Positions 8,748 to 18,149 of a DNA stretch of 64,000 bases are shown here, piece by piece. Both the position numbers and the translations under genes were made by a program. The stretch lies in IMG/VR virus record IMGVR_UViG_3300029554_000001. One strand, given 5' to 3'. Every line of letters begins with the position of its first letter. Position 1 is the stretch's first letter. The notes under the pieces are model-generated. The model was not told where the DNA came from, did not search any database, and saw only the letters and a list, made by a program, of their open reading frames with translations. The stretch is from a virus.

Positions 8748-9779
8748 ATGGCAACTGTTTAGTATCATTATGGTAAAAATAATTCTTTGCTTCGTTGGTA
8801 TCATCCTATTGTAAGAGGCGTGACTTATAATAATGTGGTGGTAATTGATTGGCCTAAAAGCGAATTAAAGAGCGCAAGTATTGATATCTGTACTCAACCA
8901 AAGCTAAGTCCAGAAAAAATGTATAACCTTTATGGCTATAAGCCTGATATTGTAACAAATGCTTTCTTCTTTGATACTGCTAGCGGAACTTCTATCTGGA
9001 ATTTAAAAAGTAATAACACTGTTTATGCCAAGGATGGCAATTTCTCTAATGGCTGGGGTATTACAAATTCTGGAAAGATTATGAATGGCGTATTTAACAA
9101 TGGCGTTGGTTGGAGAGATTTTGGCACAGAATATCCTGCTTTGTTTAAAAATAAGCAGCCTCAATCTGTAAAAAACTATGCTGACATTGACTATGAAGCT
9201 AAAAGACAGATGTTCGGTTGGACAAAGACAGATGGCAATCCTAAGAATGAAAAGTATTTTATTGTTTCTGTTGTGTCTGGTGGTATGAAACTTTCCACTG
9301 CTCAAAACCTTATTAAATCTCTTTTCCCTGATGTAGACTATTGTTGCAATCAAGATGGTGGGAATTCTACTTATACAAACTTTGAAGGAAAACGCCTTTC
9401 TGCATCTGGTTGGTTAAGACCTGTTGATTCTATTCTCGCTTTCTGGCTTCGCTCTAACGCTGAAAGAGAAAAAGCAGAAACAGAAGAAAAGAAGCAAGAT
9501 AAGGCTAACAAGAAAGAAGAAAATCGTCCTAAGAAAACTGGTTATCGTTGTCAGTTAGGAGCTTTTAGTAATTCAACTCGCGCAATTACTTATAGAAATG
9601 AAATTAGAACTCTTACTGGCGTAATTGATTATTCAACTGCTTTTTGTATTCAAGACCCAAAAACTAAGCTCTATAAAGTTCAAGTAGGATTCTTTGCTAA
9701 AAAATCTGGTGCTGAAAAGGTTAAGGCAGATTTAGCTGAAAAGGGATATAATTGTTATATCTGCTATGTGGAGGAATAA
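8748..9779 (+). CDS. phosphodiester-glycosidase (NAGPA)-like domain + C-terminal SPOR domain protein; putative peptidoglycan-binding hydrolase; in-frame TAG at 8760-8762
   Basis: GGAG-5 nt-ATG at 8748; the frame joins track ORF 8787.. through TAG (codon 5). NAFFFD and NQDGGNST motifs (NAGPA-like). C-terminal YRCQLGAF...YKVQVGFF looks SPOR-like. Confidence 0.6.
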
Positions 9780-10156
9780 TGAAAATTTTTGATACTTGTC
9801 TTAAAATTGAAGAAATTTTAAAAGGTTATCTTATAGCTTCTAATAAAACAAACGACAAAAAGAAATCTGAATATTATAAACATGAAGCTTACAGGTTAAA
9901 TTTTACTACGAGAGAACTTGATTTATTTTATAACTGGGGCTTTTCTAATCTTATTTATGTACCCCATCTAAATCATTGGGCTTGTGTAATGCCTAAAGAC
10001 TATAAATATCTTAATTCTACTTCTTACCCCTATTCCAAAGAAGACCCTCCTATTATCTTTGTAAGTGGTAATGTTGATAGTGTATTAGATGAATATTTAA
10101 GCGAATTAGATGAATATTTAAACGAGGAAAAAAATAATGAACGAGAAAAAGTATGA
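9779..10156 (+). CDS. hypothetical protein (125 aa)
   Basis: TAATG overlap with the previous stop; the track start 9752 has no SD. Confidence 0.55.
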   Translation: MKIFDTCLKIEEILKGYLIASNKTNDKKKSEYYKHEAYRLNFTTRELDLFYNWGFSNLIYVPHLNHWACVMPKDYKYLNSTSYPYSKEDPPIIFVSGNVDSVLDEYLSELDEYLNEEKNNEREKV

Positions 10157-10442
10157 AGTAATTTCTGATATTACCTCTCCTATTGATTAGGAGATTGCAG
10201 ATTTTATTCAGCGTATTATTGACCAAGATGAAACTCTGGCTACTTTAACTGATACTTTCTTTATCAGTTATGACTATGAATATGAAAATGTTTATATTTG
10301 TACTACTTATCCACAATATTTAACTGTAATTAATCACCAGCTTTTTAAAGATTTATGTGATATAATTAATGAATATTACGGATTTTCTGTCTTTGTTAGA
10401 AAAATTGATTCAATTATTAGCATTAAATCTAAGGAAAACTAA
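10137..10442 (+). CDS. hypothetical protein (101 codons) with in-frame TAG at 10188-10190
   Basis: GAGGA-8 nt-ATG; open to TAA 10440-10442 apart from one TAG (codon 18). It fills a 365-nt gap in the ORF track. Confidence 0.5.
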
Positions 10443-10462
10443 CAATTTAATTTAATAAATAG

Positions 10463-10491
10463 TTGACAACACCTCTCTTTTATGGTATATT
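10463..10491 (+). promoter_or_regulatory. sigma70-like promoter
   Basis: TTGACA-N17-TATATT. Confidence 0.6.
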
Positions 10492-10521
10492 AAACATACT
10501 AAAAAAAAGAGAGGTGTTTTT

Positions 10522-11082
10522 ATGTTTGAAATTTTGTATATTATTAGCGGATTCTCTTTTATTGTATTTGTTATATTTGCTTTTTGTCTTACTCGTATTG
10601 TTTATAAAGATGAAGATGATGGATATAAAAACACAATAATTGATTGGATTAAAGAATATCACAAAGATTGGCGTAGTTGGACGCATTTAAAGTTTAACGA
10701 ATGGAAAAAATATTATATTTTAGCTCCTGATGAATGGAGATTAGCATGGTTTGCTCCCAAGCGAACTATTAGAGATAAACACGGAATTTGGGATACAATT
10801 TATATTAATTTTGGTTTTATTGGAAATATTAGATATGTCCTTTTTAAGCATAACATGGAAAATAGGCGCAGAAAGAATAAAGCTGCTCAAAGTTCTCAAG
10901 ATAATTTAAGATATGTTCTCGAAGCTGTTCAAGGAGATATTAATAAAATCCAAAAGAAAGCCGAAGAGGAAATCAATAAAGCCAAAGAAGAAACAGATAA
11001 GATTCGAGAATCTTATTTGAACGAAGAATCTTATTTAAATAAAGAAATTGAATTAAAATCTACTGATAAATGGGAGAATTGA
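10522..11082 (+). CDS. N-terminally membrane-anchored protein, paralogue of 11084-11722
   Basis: ORF + SD AGAGGTG. Shares YI(N/D)FGFIGN and LE(A/S)xQ(G/D)DI...EEEINKA with the next gene. Confidence 0.65.
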   Translation: MFEILYIISGFSFIVFVIFAFCLTRIVYKDEDDGYKNTIIDWIKEYHKDWRSWTHLKFNEWKKYYILAPDEWRLAWFAPKRTIRDKHGIWDTIYINFGFIGNIRYVLFKHNMENRRRKNKAAQSSQDNLRYVLEAVQGDINKIQKKAEEEINKAKEETDKIRESYLNEESYLNKEIELKSTDKWEN

Positions 11083-11083
11083 T

Positions 11084-11722
11084 ATGCCGCTATTAAAAAT
11101 TGCTCTGGTTTTACTTCTTGTTACTTTGATTGTATTTGCTATTTGGTTTCTTTGGTATCTTTTGCTTGGTCCACTTATTCTTAAAGGAATCTTTAAGGCT
11201 GATTTAGATGATATCAATGAAAAGCGCAAGCGGGAAGAATGTACCAAAATGGATTTTGATAAATGGTACGACATCTATTGTTTAAATACTAAAAAATGGG
11301 GTTTAGGTTGTCTTCCGCATTGCAGAATTGGCAAACATAATTACAAACAGGGAGATGTAGTAGTCCTTAGCAAACACTGGGACTTAGATTCTTTTTGTAC
11401 TAAAGATATTTATGTAGATTTTGGATTTATTGGTAATCTAAAATATTCTTTATGGAGACACAAATATCTTAAATCTAAAGAAACCAGAGAAACCCAAGAA
11501 AAAGAAGTAGAAAATCTCAGACTTATTCTTGAAAGCGCCCAAGATGATATTGAGATTCTTAAAAAGCAATCCGAAGAAGAAATTAATAAAGCAGCAGAAA
11601 CCTCTAAAAAAGTCAAAGCGAATCTTGACAAACAGGAATTACGTTGGTATCATAACACTTTTACGGGAAAAGATATTGTTGCCCCTGTAAAAATGCAAAC
11701 AGAAGCCGAAGTAGATTTTTAA
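11084..11722 (+). CDS. N-terminally membrane-anchored protein, paralogue of 10522-11082
   Basis: ORF + SD GGGAGA; conserved blocks shared with the upstream gene. Confidence 0.65.
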   Translation: MPLLKIALVLLLVTLIVFAIWFLWYLLLGPLILKGIFKADLDDINEKRKREECTKMDFDKWYDIYCLNTKKWGLGCLPHCRIGKHNYKQGDVVVLSKHWDLDSFCTKDIYVDFGFIGNLKYSLWRHKYLKSKETRETQEKEVENLRLILESAQDDIEILKKQSEEEINKAAETSKKVKANLDKQELRWYHNTFTGKDIVAPVKMQTEAEVDF

Positions 11723-11769
11723 ATAAAATATTTCCTTTATTTAGTTAAAAATTCTAAGGAGAATAATTA

Positions 11770-11991
11770 ATGTTTATTTGTTATGATAATTGTTTGTTTA
11801 ATTCCGATAATGTTAGCTTTATGAGAGTTACTGAAAGAGATGTCACAATTGGCTTGACGGGCGAAAATCATCTTTTGAAGTATGCAAATAAAGACCTTGC
11901 AAAAAAGGCTTTCTCTAAAATTCGTGTTGCTATTACAAAGAATTCTTCTATTGTAGATATCTCCGAAAGCAAACTTGAGGAGGTAATCTAA
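11770..11991 (+). CDS. hypothetical protein (73 aa)
   Basis: ORF + SD AAGGAGA; N-terminus MFICYDN resembles the next gene (MIICYDN). Confidence 0.55.
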   Translation: MFICYDNCLFNSDNVSFMRVTERDVTIGLTGENHLLKYANKDLAKKAFSKIRVAITKNSSIVDISESKLEEVI

Positions 11992-12309
11992 ATGATTATT
12001 TGCTATGATAATCAAATTATCAATTTATATATGGGTTGGAAAGCTATTCACCTTACTGTCTGTAGAGATTTTGGCTGGGAAATTTCTCCCTCTATTTATT
12101 CTCTTACTATTGAGCTTAATGATAAATCTTCTTGTAACTTGGGTGTTTTTACAGAAGATGAGTATTGTTTAGCAAAAATGGCAATGGACAAAATTAAAGA
12201 ATGTTTAGCGAACCACATTTCTTTCCTTGACCTTGATGAATATTTAGGTGTTTGGAAAAAGAAATTAGAAAAAGAAAAGGAAAAAGAAAAGGAAACTAAG
12301 AATGAATAA
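11992..12309 (+). CDS. hypothetical protein (105 aa)
   Basis: ORF + SD GAGGAGG. Confidence 0.55.
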   Translation: MIICYDNQIINLYMGWKAIHLTVCRDFGWEISPSIYSLTIELNDKSSCNLGVFTEDEYCLAKMAMDKIKECLANHISFLDLDEYLGVWKKKLEKEKEKEKETKNE

Positions 12310-12991
12310 CGGCTTTAATTTAAAAGAAGATAGAATTGCTTTTGACTGTATGCCGGAAGATATGCAGATGAGCGATGCAGGATTTAACACTCTTATTGGA
12401 TGTACTATTCTTTGGGGATTGATTTGTAATTTCTTCATCTGTATGTTCCTTGAAACACAGGTTTTTAACTTTGTATCGTCTCATCCTCTTCTCTTTATTC
12501 TGGGTTATTTTGCTTTGGCTTTTCTTGGAGCTATTATTATTAGTGGCACAGAAAACGCTGTAGTTGCTTTCCTCGGGTTTAATCTTATTTGTTTGCCCAT
12601 TGGAGCACTTCTAAGCGTTTATGTGAGCCAGTATGCAGCGTTGAGTATTAGTTATGTATGTCTTCTTACTGCTATTATTGTAGTAATTATGATTGTCGTT
12701 AGCACAGTATTTCCAGAGTATTTTTGCTCTCTTGGACATATCCTTCTTGTATCTTTAATTAGTATTATTTTTATTGAGGGAATTTTAGTGCTCTTTCTTG
12801 GATATGAAGGTCATGTAATTGATTATGCAGTTGTAGCATTGTTTTCTCTTTATATTGGCTATGATTGGTATTGTTCTCAGAGGTATGCGGCTACACCTTA
12901 TAATGCCATTAGTTGTGCAACAGACCTTTATCTTGATATTATTAATATCTTTGTTCGTTTGCTTGCAATTCTTGGTAAGAAAAAAGATTAA
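12302..12991 (+). CDS. BAX-inhibitor-1/YccA-family multipass membrane protein
   Basis: About 7 hydrophobic segments. C-terminal DLYLDIINIFVRLLAILG matches the characteristic BI-1/YccA C-terminal motif. Confidence 0.65.
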   Translation: MNNGFNLKEDRIAFDCMPEDMQMSDAGFNTLIGCTILWGLICNFFICMFLETQVFNFVSSHPLLFILGYFALAFLGAIIISGTENAVVAFLGFNLICLPIGALLSVYVSQYAALSISYVCLLTAIIVVIMIVVSTVFPEYFCSLGHILLVSLISIIFIEGILVLFLGYEGHVIDYAVVALFSLYIGYDWYCSQRYAATPYNAISCATDLYLDIINIFVRLLAILGKKKD

Positions 12992-12995
12992 ATAC

Positions 12996-13024
12996 TTGAC
13001 AACTCTTTATTCTTTTGGTATTAT
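12996..13024 (+). promoter_or_regulatory. sigma70-like promoter
   Basis: TTGACA-N17-TATTAT. Confidence 0.55.
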
Positions 13025-13055
13025 TTAAATATCAAAAATAAGGAGTTGTTTTTTG

Positions 13056-13451
13056 ATGCTGTATCATCTGTCTCAAGACCCTAATCTTACAATTTTAACC
13101 CCAAGAATTCCTAAGCACGCTGTTTCTTGGAATGAGGATGTTTCTATTCCAAGAGTTTGTTTTTCTCCTACTATTAAAGGTTGCCTTTCAGCTTTACAGG
13201 ACATTGGTATAGAATATTATGTATATACTCCTGTTAACCAAAAGTTAAAAGGCTATTCATGTAAAACCCGTGTAATTGATGCCGTTATTACCGGTGAACG
13301 TTGGATTAAAAAGCCTGTCCAAGTAAAGAAAATCGGTAAAATTAAATCTGTTTTTATCGGCATCGGAGAAAAGAGATTCATTAATTACAAAGGGCATAAA
13401 GAACTTATTTCTAAATTTATATATACTTATGAATGGAAGGAACGCTATTAA
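13056..13451 (+). CDS. hypothetical protein (131 aa)
   Basis: AAGGAG upstream; ATG immediately after the track's TTG start. Confidence 0.6.
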   Translation: MLYHLSQDPNLTILTPRIPKHAVSWNEDVSIPRVCFSPTIKGCLSALQDIGIEYYVYTPVNQKLKGYSCKTRVIDAVITGERWIKKPVQVKKIGKIKSVFIGIGEKRFINYKGHKELISKFIYTYEWKERY

Positions 13452-13765
13452 TGGAACGTATTAAAAAGGGACGCAGAGAACCCCCTCGCGACAAGAGAGA
13501 AAATTGCGGCGTTGTAACTTCTCTCCTCGATGCCAACGGTAATAATATTATCACTGGCAATCTTTACGAAATCAAGGGGAAGAAATATTCCTATATGGGA
13601 AGAGTGTTTTACAATAGATATCAGAAAGCCTTTGGCATTTTTATGGGTTGCTGGTATGGAGATAGGAATGCCTACAATCCTGACAGCTATGGTAAATTTG
13701 TAGCTATTCCTAAAGATAATGGTATGAAGAATCAAATTTTTCCTGTTGAAGAAATGGAGCTTTGA
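13451..13765 (+). CDS. hypothetical protein (104 aa)
   Basis: TAATG overlap with the previous stop; GGAAGGA 9 nt upstream. Confidence 0.55.
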   Translation: MERIKKGRREPPRDKRENCGVVTSLLDANGNNIITGNLYEIKGKKYSYMGRVFYNRYQKAFGIFMGCWYGDRNAYNPDSYGKFVAIPKDNGMKNQIFPVEEMEL

Positions 13766-13766
13766 T

Positions 13767-13973
13767 ATGAAAATTAAGCATATTAAATCTAAAGTTGTTT
13801 CGCCCGAAGAAAACCGTTGGTATGACATTGATTTTAACACAGAAATTGCAACTTGTTCTCGTTGTAAACGCAGAGGAAAAATTAGAACCACAATTACTAA
13901 ATGGGGTGGTTACGCAATTAGTAATCCTTATTGTCCCGCTTGTGGTGCTTTTATGAAAAACGGCTGTAATTGA
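13767..13973 (+). CDS. zinc-ribbon protein, paralogue of 14325-14558
   Basis: GGAG-7 nt-ATG; CSRCKRRGKIRTTI...CPACGAFMKNGCN. Confidence 0.55.
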   Translation: MKIKHIKSKVVSPEENRWYDIDFNTEIATCSRCKRRGKIRTTITKWGGYAISNPYCPACGAFMKNGCN

Positions 13974-13981
13974 GGTATAAT

Positions 13982-14293
13982 ATGTCAAAAATTGTTTGTG
14001 CTGCTATTAAATTTACTCCTAGATTTACCCCTGATAATATTAAAAAGGACATTATTCTTCCCTGTCCTCGTCATGGTGATGGTTATAGAAATTTTGCACA
14101 TATCAACAATATGTTAACAGGAAATTACAAACCTTTTGATTGGGACAAAGAAGAAGGTTTTATTGACGAAGCTGGAAACTTTTATACCAGAGAAAAGGCT
14201 TTTGAGCTTGTAAAAGATTCTCTTCCTGCTTCTCTTATTTACTTTAAAGAACAGCGTAAAGAAACAGAACTTTACTCGGAAGACTTGTACTAA
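13982..14293 (+). CDS. hypothetical protein (103 aa)
   Basis: TGAGGT SD then ATG 13982. Its last ~12 codons lie in the 40-nt sequence repeated at 14561. Confidence 0.55.
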   Translation: MSKIVCAAIKFTPRFTPDNIKKDIILPCPRHGDGYRNFAHINNMLTGNYKPFDWDKEEGFIDEAGNFYTREKAFELVKDSLPASLIYFKEQRKETELYSEDLY

Positions 14294-14296
14294 TGA
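14257..14296. repeat. 40-nt direct repeat, copy 1 (copy 2 at 14561-14600)
   Basis: TAAAGAAACAGAACTTTACTCGGA(A/G)GACTT(G/A)TA(C/T)TAATGA; 37/40 identical. The two copies bracket the zinc-ribbon gene 14325-14558. Confidence 0.8.
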
Positions 14297-14324
14297 CTAA
14301 CAAATGATGAGATGGAAATGTAAT

Positions 14325-14558
14325 ATGAAAACTAAATATATTAAATCTAAAATTGTTTCTTCCCCCAAAGCAAATTGGACTGATATAGATTTTTATTATG
14401 ATGTTAAGCCTTTTTATAAGACTCTTGCTATAGCAACTTGTTCTCATTGTAAAAAAAGAGGTATCATCCGAACCACTATTAACGACGTTGGAATTCATGT
14501 TGTTGCCAGTTCTTATTGTCCTGTTTGTGGAGCTTTTATGAAAAATGGTTGTAATTAA
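14325..14558 (+). CDS. zinc-ribbon protein, paralogue of 13767-13973
   Basis: Start chosen by alignment with the paralogue (MKTKYIKSK vs MKIKHIKSK); CSHCKKRG...CPVCGAFMKNGCN. Confidence 0.55.
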   Translation: MKTKYIKSKIVSSPKANWTDIDFYYDVKPFYKTLAIATCSHCKKRGIIRTTINDVGIHVVASSYCPVCGAFMKNGCN

Positions 14559-14560
14559 CA

Positions 14561-14600
14561 TAAAGAAACAGAACTTTACTCGGAGGACTTATATTAATGA
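14561..14600. repeat. 40-nt direct repeat, copy 2
   Basis: See 14257-14296. Confidence 0.8.
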
Positions 14601-14866
14601 ATAACAAAAAACATCCTGATATCGTTTCTTATGATGTCTATGAACAAGTTGCGTTTGAGAGAGACTTTGTAGAAGGCCAGTTAAATACACTTGGCTTTGG
14701 AGTAGGTAGTAAAGTAACATGCAGGAAGAAACTTGTAACTACATATCAAAAAGATGGACGCTATAATATTGCTCAAACCTTTGAAGTTTGTTCTGAATGT
14801 GGAGAACAGTTACATTCAGATATGAATTTCTGTCCTTATTGCGGAAGGAAAATTTTAGATGACTAA
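14597..14866 (+). CDS. zinc-ribbon protein (89 aa)
   Basis: ORF + SD GGAGGA; CSECG...CPYCG. Confidence 0.6.
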   Translation: MNNKKHPDIVSYDVYEQVAFERDFVEGQLNTLGFGVGSKVTCRKKLVTTYQKDGRYNIAQTFEVCSECGEQLHSDMNFCPYCGRKILDD

Positions 14867-15236
14867 TAATATTTTTGCTATGCCTATTGGTCTTAGAGGG
14901 ACAAGTACTGTTTGGCATGGTGACACTAAAATTGGAATTTGTTTAACTTCTAATAATTCTCCCTTGCTTGGAAACTTTGTTCCTTTGAATGAAATTTCTG
15001 TTATGGATAATAAAGGTGATAATCCTTTGTCTGAAAATGAACTTAAAACCATTACAGAAATTAGAACAGATATTTATGAAATTAACCCTGAACATGAGAG
15101 ATATATGTTGCTTGATGCAGACGAAGAAATTTATCTTGGAGAAAGAATAATTCGTTTACTTTATCTTTCTCATCGTGATGAATTTCTTGTAATTGGAATT
15201 CATTATTCTATTGATGACCCCGAAAAAATTTGTTAA
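14859..15236 (+). CDS. hypothetical protein (125 aa)
   Basis: ORF overlapping the previous stop; GGAAGGA upstream. Confidence 0.55.
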   Translation: MTNNIFAMPIGLRGTSTVWHGDTKIGICLTSNNSPLLGNFVPLNEISVMDNKGDNPLSENELKTITEIRTDIYEINPEHERYMLLDADEEIYLGERIIRLLYLSHRDEFLVIGIHYSIDDPEKIC

Positions 15237-15243
15237 TAAACCC

Positions 15244-15272
15244 TTGAAATAATCCTTTTATTTTGATATAAT
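15244..15272 (+). promoter_or_regulatory. sigma70-like promoter
   Basis: TTGAAA-N17-TATAAT. Confidence 0.55.
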
Positions 15273-15306
15273 TACCGTATCAAGATTGAAAGGATATAAA
15301 GATGAT

Positions 15307-16131
15307 ATGAGCTTTTATCTAAAAGAAACCACAACTAACTCTTATGTTCAGTTTGTTGGCAATCAGTACAGCTATATTTCAAATCCTGACAAGAAACATT
15401 TGTTTAAGGATGTTGACAAAGCTGCAAACATTGTTCTCAATCATTCTATTGTTGACAAGTTTTTGTCAAACCGTGTATTTTCCATCTATCACACCGAAAC
15501 TGGCAATCTGGTATATGATAAACTTGTCTCTAATGTAGCAAACAAAGGATTGATTCTTTTAAGTGTTTCTAAAGCAGTTCTTAGTTTGCAAGAAAGCTTA
15601 GGTGAAGCACCTGTCACAAATGGAAATCCTATCGAAATGGAATTTAAGGATTCAGTTTCACCTACTGTTTCCCATTCTAATTGCGCAAAAGCAATGATTG
15701 ATGGTGATGAACTTCCTGTTAAAGATTCAAATAAGAGATATCAGGCAAGTGAATATTCCAGAAATAAAATTCTTCCTTCTTTGGAAGCTATGTCAAAAAC
15801 TTTTGAAAATATCACTTCTGCTATTAACTCTCTTCCGTCTAATGAAGATTTAGCAACACAACTGGGTGATTACAATGCTCAAGTGGTTGATATTCTTCAT
15901 TACATTGAATTTTCTCACCTTGATGCCTGTAACGGTTATCTTACCTTCAAGAAACTTCAAGATGTTCTCATTGCAAGACGTACTGTTAAAGAACAGATGG
16001 AAATTATCAACAAGCTTGAAAATTGTGGCTTGATTGTTGAAAAGATTAATGCTGCTAATAATCGAGCTAAAAAGACACTTGAAGAGTCTCGTTCTTATTG
16101 CCCTCGTAGTGATATTGATATTTTTGATTGA
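15307..16131 (+). CDS. hypothetical protein (274 aa)
   Basis: First ATG in the track ORF (TTG 15286), downstream of the promoter at 15244. Start uncertain. Confidence 0.55.
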   Translation: MSFYLKETTTNSYVQFVGNQYSYISNPDKKHLFKDVDKAANIVLNHSIVDKFLSNRVFSIYHTETGNLVYDKLVSNVANKGLILLSVSKAVLSLQESLGEAPVTNGNPIEMEFKDSVSPTVSHSNCAKAMIDGDELPVKDSNKRYQASEYSRNKILPSLEAMSKTFENITSAINSLPSNEDLATQLGDYNAQVVDILHYIEFSHLDACNGYLTFKKLQDVLIARRTVKEQMEIINKLENCGLIVEKINAANNRAKKTLEESRSYCPRSDIDIFD

Positions 16132-16158
16132 TATTTTCTACTAAAATTTAATAAACAC

Positions 16159-16187
16159 TTGACAGCTTCTTTCTTACTTGCTATAAT
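16159..16187 (+). promoter_or_regulatory. sigma70-like promoter
   Basis: TTGACA-N17-TATAAT. Confidence 0.65.
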
Positions 16188-16219
16188 GCAGTTATAGTAA
16201 AGAAAGGAGCTGTTATTTT

Positions 16220-16462
16220 ATGAAAAAGATTGATAAAGTCCTCTGGTATTCTCAGGAAGATTTGAGAAAAGATATTGTCAAAGCTCTCTTTGGTGAGAAT
16301 GCAATTCTTGGCGGAGACTATGTTGATTTTCATTACAAACCTGAAAATGATGCTGGTCTTGTTGTTAAATTTTATGATAAAGATTCACCTTTTATATCTA
16401 AGACCTTTATCATTAGAATTGAAGATGCCGACAATAAGGAAGTTACTAAGGAGGAAATCTAA
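16220..16462 (+). CDS. hypothetical protein (80 aa)
   Basis: ORF + SD AAAGGAG after the promoter at 16159. Confidence 0.6.
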   Translation: MKKIDKVLWYSQEDLRKDIVKALFGENAILGGDYVDFHYKPENDAGLVVKFYDKDSPFISKTFIIRIEDADNKEVTKEEI

Positions 16463-16653
16463 TGGCTAATAAACTTGTATTGGGTATTATTGATTGTCCT
16501 TATTGCGGAAAACCTAACATTGTAGGTTGGGATGGGAATCATAAAACCCATTGTCTTTGTTGCAATAAAAAATTTACCATAAAGAGAACTCATATGCGTA
16601 ATACAAAGACGATTTCTAGTGATGAGACCACTATTTCTAAGGAGGAATTATAA
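16462..16653 (+). CDS. zinc-ribbon protein (63 aa)
   Basis: TAATG coupling; AAGGAGG; CPYCG...CLCC. Confidence 0.6.
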   Translation: MANKLVLGIIDCPYCGKPNIVGWDGNHKTHCLCCNKKFTIKRTHMRNTKTISSDETTISKEEL

Positions 16654-16994
16654 TGGATTGTAACAACACTCAAACTGAGGAGTTAACATACGCAAAGAAT
16701 AAAGACCCCATGTATGATGATGACCTTCTCAAGAATAATCATTTTAATGGTCTTTCTTATAAGGAACTTCTTGAGCTTTGGCTTGCTCTTAAGGACTTTT
16801 ACAAGCGTGGTTATATTCTGGATGATAGCCCTCTTGAACCTTATCGTAAAAAGTTTTGTGCAGAATGTTATAATGGCATCTTAGACATGGAAAATGAATT
16901 GCTTAAAATTCTTTCTGCTAAGTTTATTAATTTAGCTCTTACAGAAGATTATCCTCGCATAGTTATTAATTTTGGTGAAATTGAAAGGAGATAA
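16653..16994 (+). CDS. hypothetical protein (113 aa)
   Basis: TAATG coupling; AAGGAGG. Confidence 0.6.
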   Translation: MDCNNTQTEELTYAKNKDPMYDDDLLKNNHFNGLSYKELLELWLALKDFYKRGYILDDSPLEPYRKKFCAECYNGILDMENELLKILSAKFINLALTEDYPRIVINFGEIERR

Positions 16995-16997
16995 AAT

Positions 16998-17354
16998 ATG
17001 ATTGGTAAGCTTTATAATGCTAAATATATTGAAGAACATTTCCCATGGTCTGTTCAAAAGTATGAAGACCAATATGGAGAACCTGCGACTTCTCTTTTTG
17101 GTATTCTTGTAAACGAATTTACTAAGAAGTTTGTTTTTGGAAATTACCATACAATCGGTGGACCTATCAATGGCAATCCCATGTCTCCATATAAAGGGTG
17201 CTACGTCATGAAAACTACTTTTTCTCAGTTTAAAGACATTATTGTTCCCGCTGTTTTCTTTGAATGTATCAAAAGCAATTCTGAGGAAACTATTTCTCCA
17301 AAAGAAGAGAAAAAGTCTCATAAAGTTGCAATCCGCAAGGTAACAAAGAAATAA
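16998..17354 (+). CDS. hypothetical protein (118 aa)
   Basis: ORF + SD AAAGGAG. Confidence 0.6.
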   Translation: MIGKLYNAKYIEEHFPWSVQKYEDQYGEPATSLFGILVNEFTKKFVFGNYHTIGGPINGNPMSPYKGCYVMKTTFSQFKDIIVPAVFFECIKSNSEETISPKEEKKSHKVAIRKVTKK

Positions 17355-17359
17355 TATCT

Positions 17360-17626
17360 ATGGAATGGTATACATTTATAGAAAAAATGCCCAAAAGAAA
17401 CGAATCAATTTTTATTTGTATTTCAGGTGTAAATCGAGCGAAAGATAACAACGCTCCTGTTTTAAACCCAACGTATCAATGCGTTTTTGCAGGAACGTAT
17501 GATTCTGTTGTTTTTTTACAAAACCTAATTTTAATTTCAGAGAAATTTTCTCCTATCAAAAAAACTATTGTAAGGCGTGATTATACAATTTGGGATACCT
17601 TTGTTCACTGGGCAAGATTGGATTAA
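17360..17626 (+). CDS. hypothetical protein, tandem paralogue 1 of 3 (MEWY...WARLD)
   Basis: Shares its N-terminus (MEW(Y/F)xF) and C-terminus (WARL) with the next two genes. Confidence 0.55.
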   Translation: MEWYTFIEKMPKRNESIFICISGVNRAKDNNAPVLNPTYQCVFAGTYDSVVFLQNLILISEKFSPIKKTIVRRDYTIWDTFVHWARLD

Positions 17627-17629
17627 GTT

Positions 17630-17869
17630 ATGGAATGGTTTGATTTTGACAAGAAAAGACCTCATATTGGCGAAGAAATTTTCGTAATGCAAAGATTTTT
17701 TAATTACACCAAAATATTTATTGCTACTTATTTAGGAAGAGAAAGAACAGAAATTGAAGAAATATACGATGTTAAATTAGACAATTTCAAAAAATATTTT
17801 CAAGAAGATTATTCAAGCCCATATCATTCTTTTTTATCTTCCTGTTTACGTTGGGCGAGATTATATTAA
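17630..17869 (+). CDS. hypothetical protein, tandem paralogue 2 of 3
   Basis: MEWFDFDKKRPHIGEEIFV...RWARLY. Confidence 0.55.
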   Translation: MEWFDFDKKRPHIGEEIFVMQRFFNYTKIFIATYLGRERTEIEEIYDVKLDNFKKYFQEDYSSPYHSFLSSCLRWARLY

Positions 17870-17885
17870 AAAGGAATTAACAAAA

Positions 17886-18149
17886 ATGGAATGGTATAGT
17901 TTTGAAGATAGATAGCCACGTATCGGAGAAGAAGTTCTTATACTTGAAGATATTCGATTTACGGATGAAATTTTTGGTGGAAACTACGAAGTTTATTCAG
18001 CAATATTCCAAGGCAAAAAATTTGATTATTACGCAGATGAATATTTGATAACTTTAAGTAATTTTAAATCCTATCCTGACAAGTATCCTTGGGATTTTTC
18101 TCCTCGTGAGATTGATATAAATTTTGTTTTTTGGGCAAGATTGCATTGA
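17886..18149 (+). CDS. hypothetical protein, tandem paralogue 3 of 3, with in-frame TAG at 17913-17915
   Basis: MEWYSFEDR[TAG]PRIGEEVLI...FWARLH. Similarity to the two upstream paralogues continues across the TAG (codon 10); TGA stop. Confidence 0.6.
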
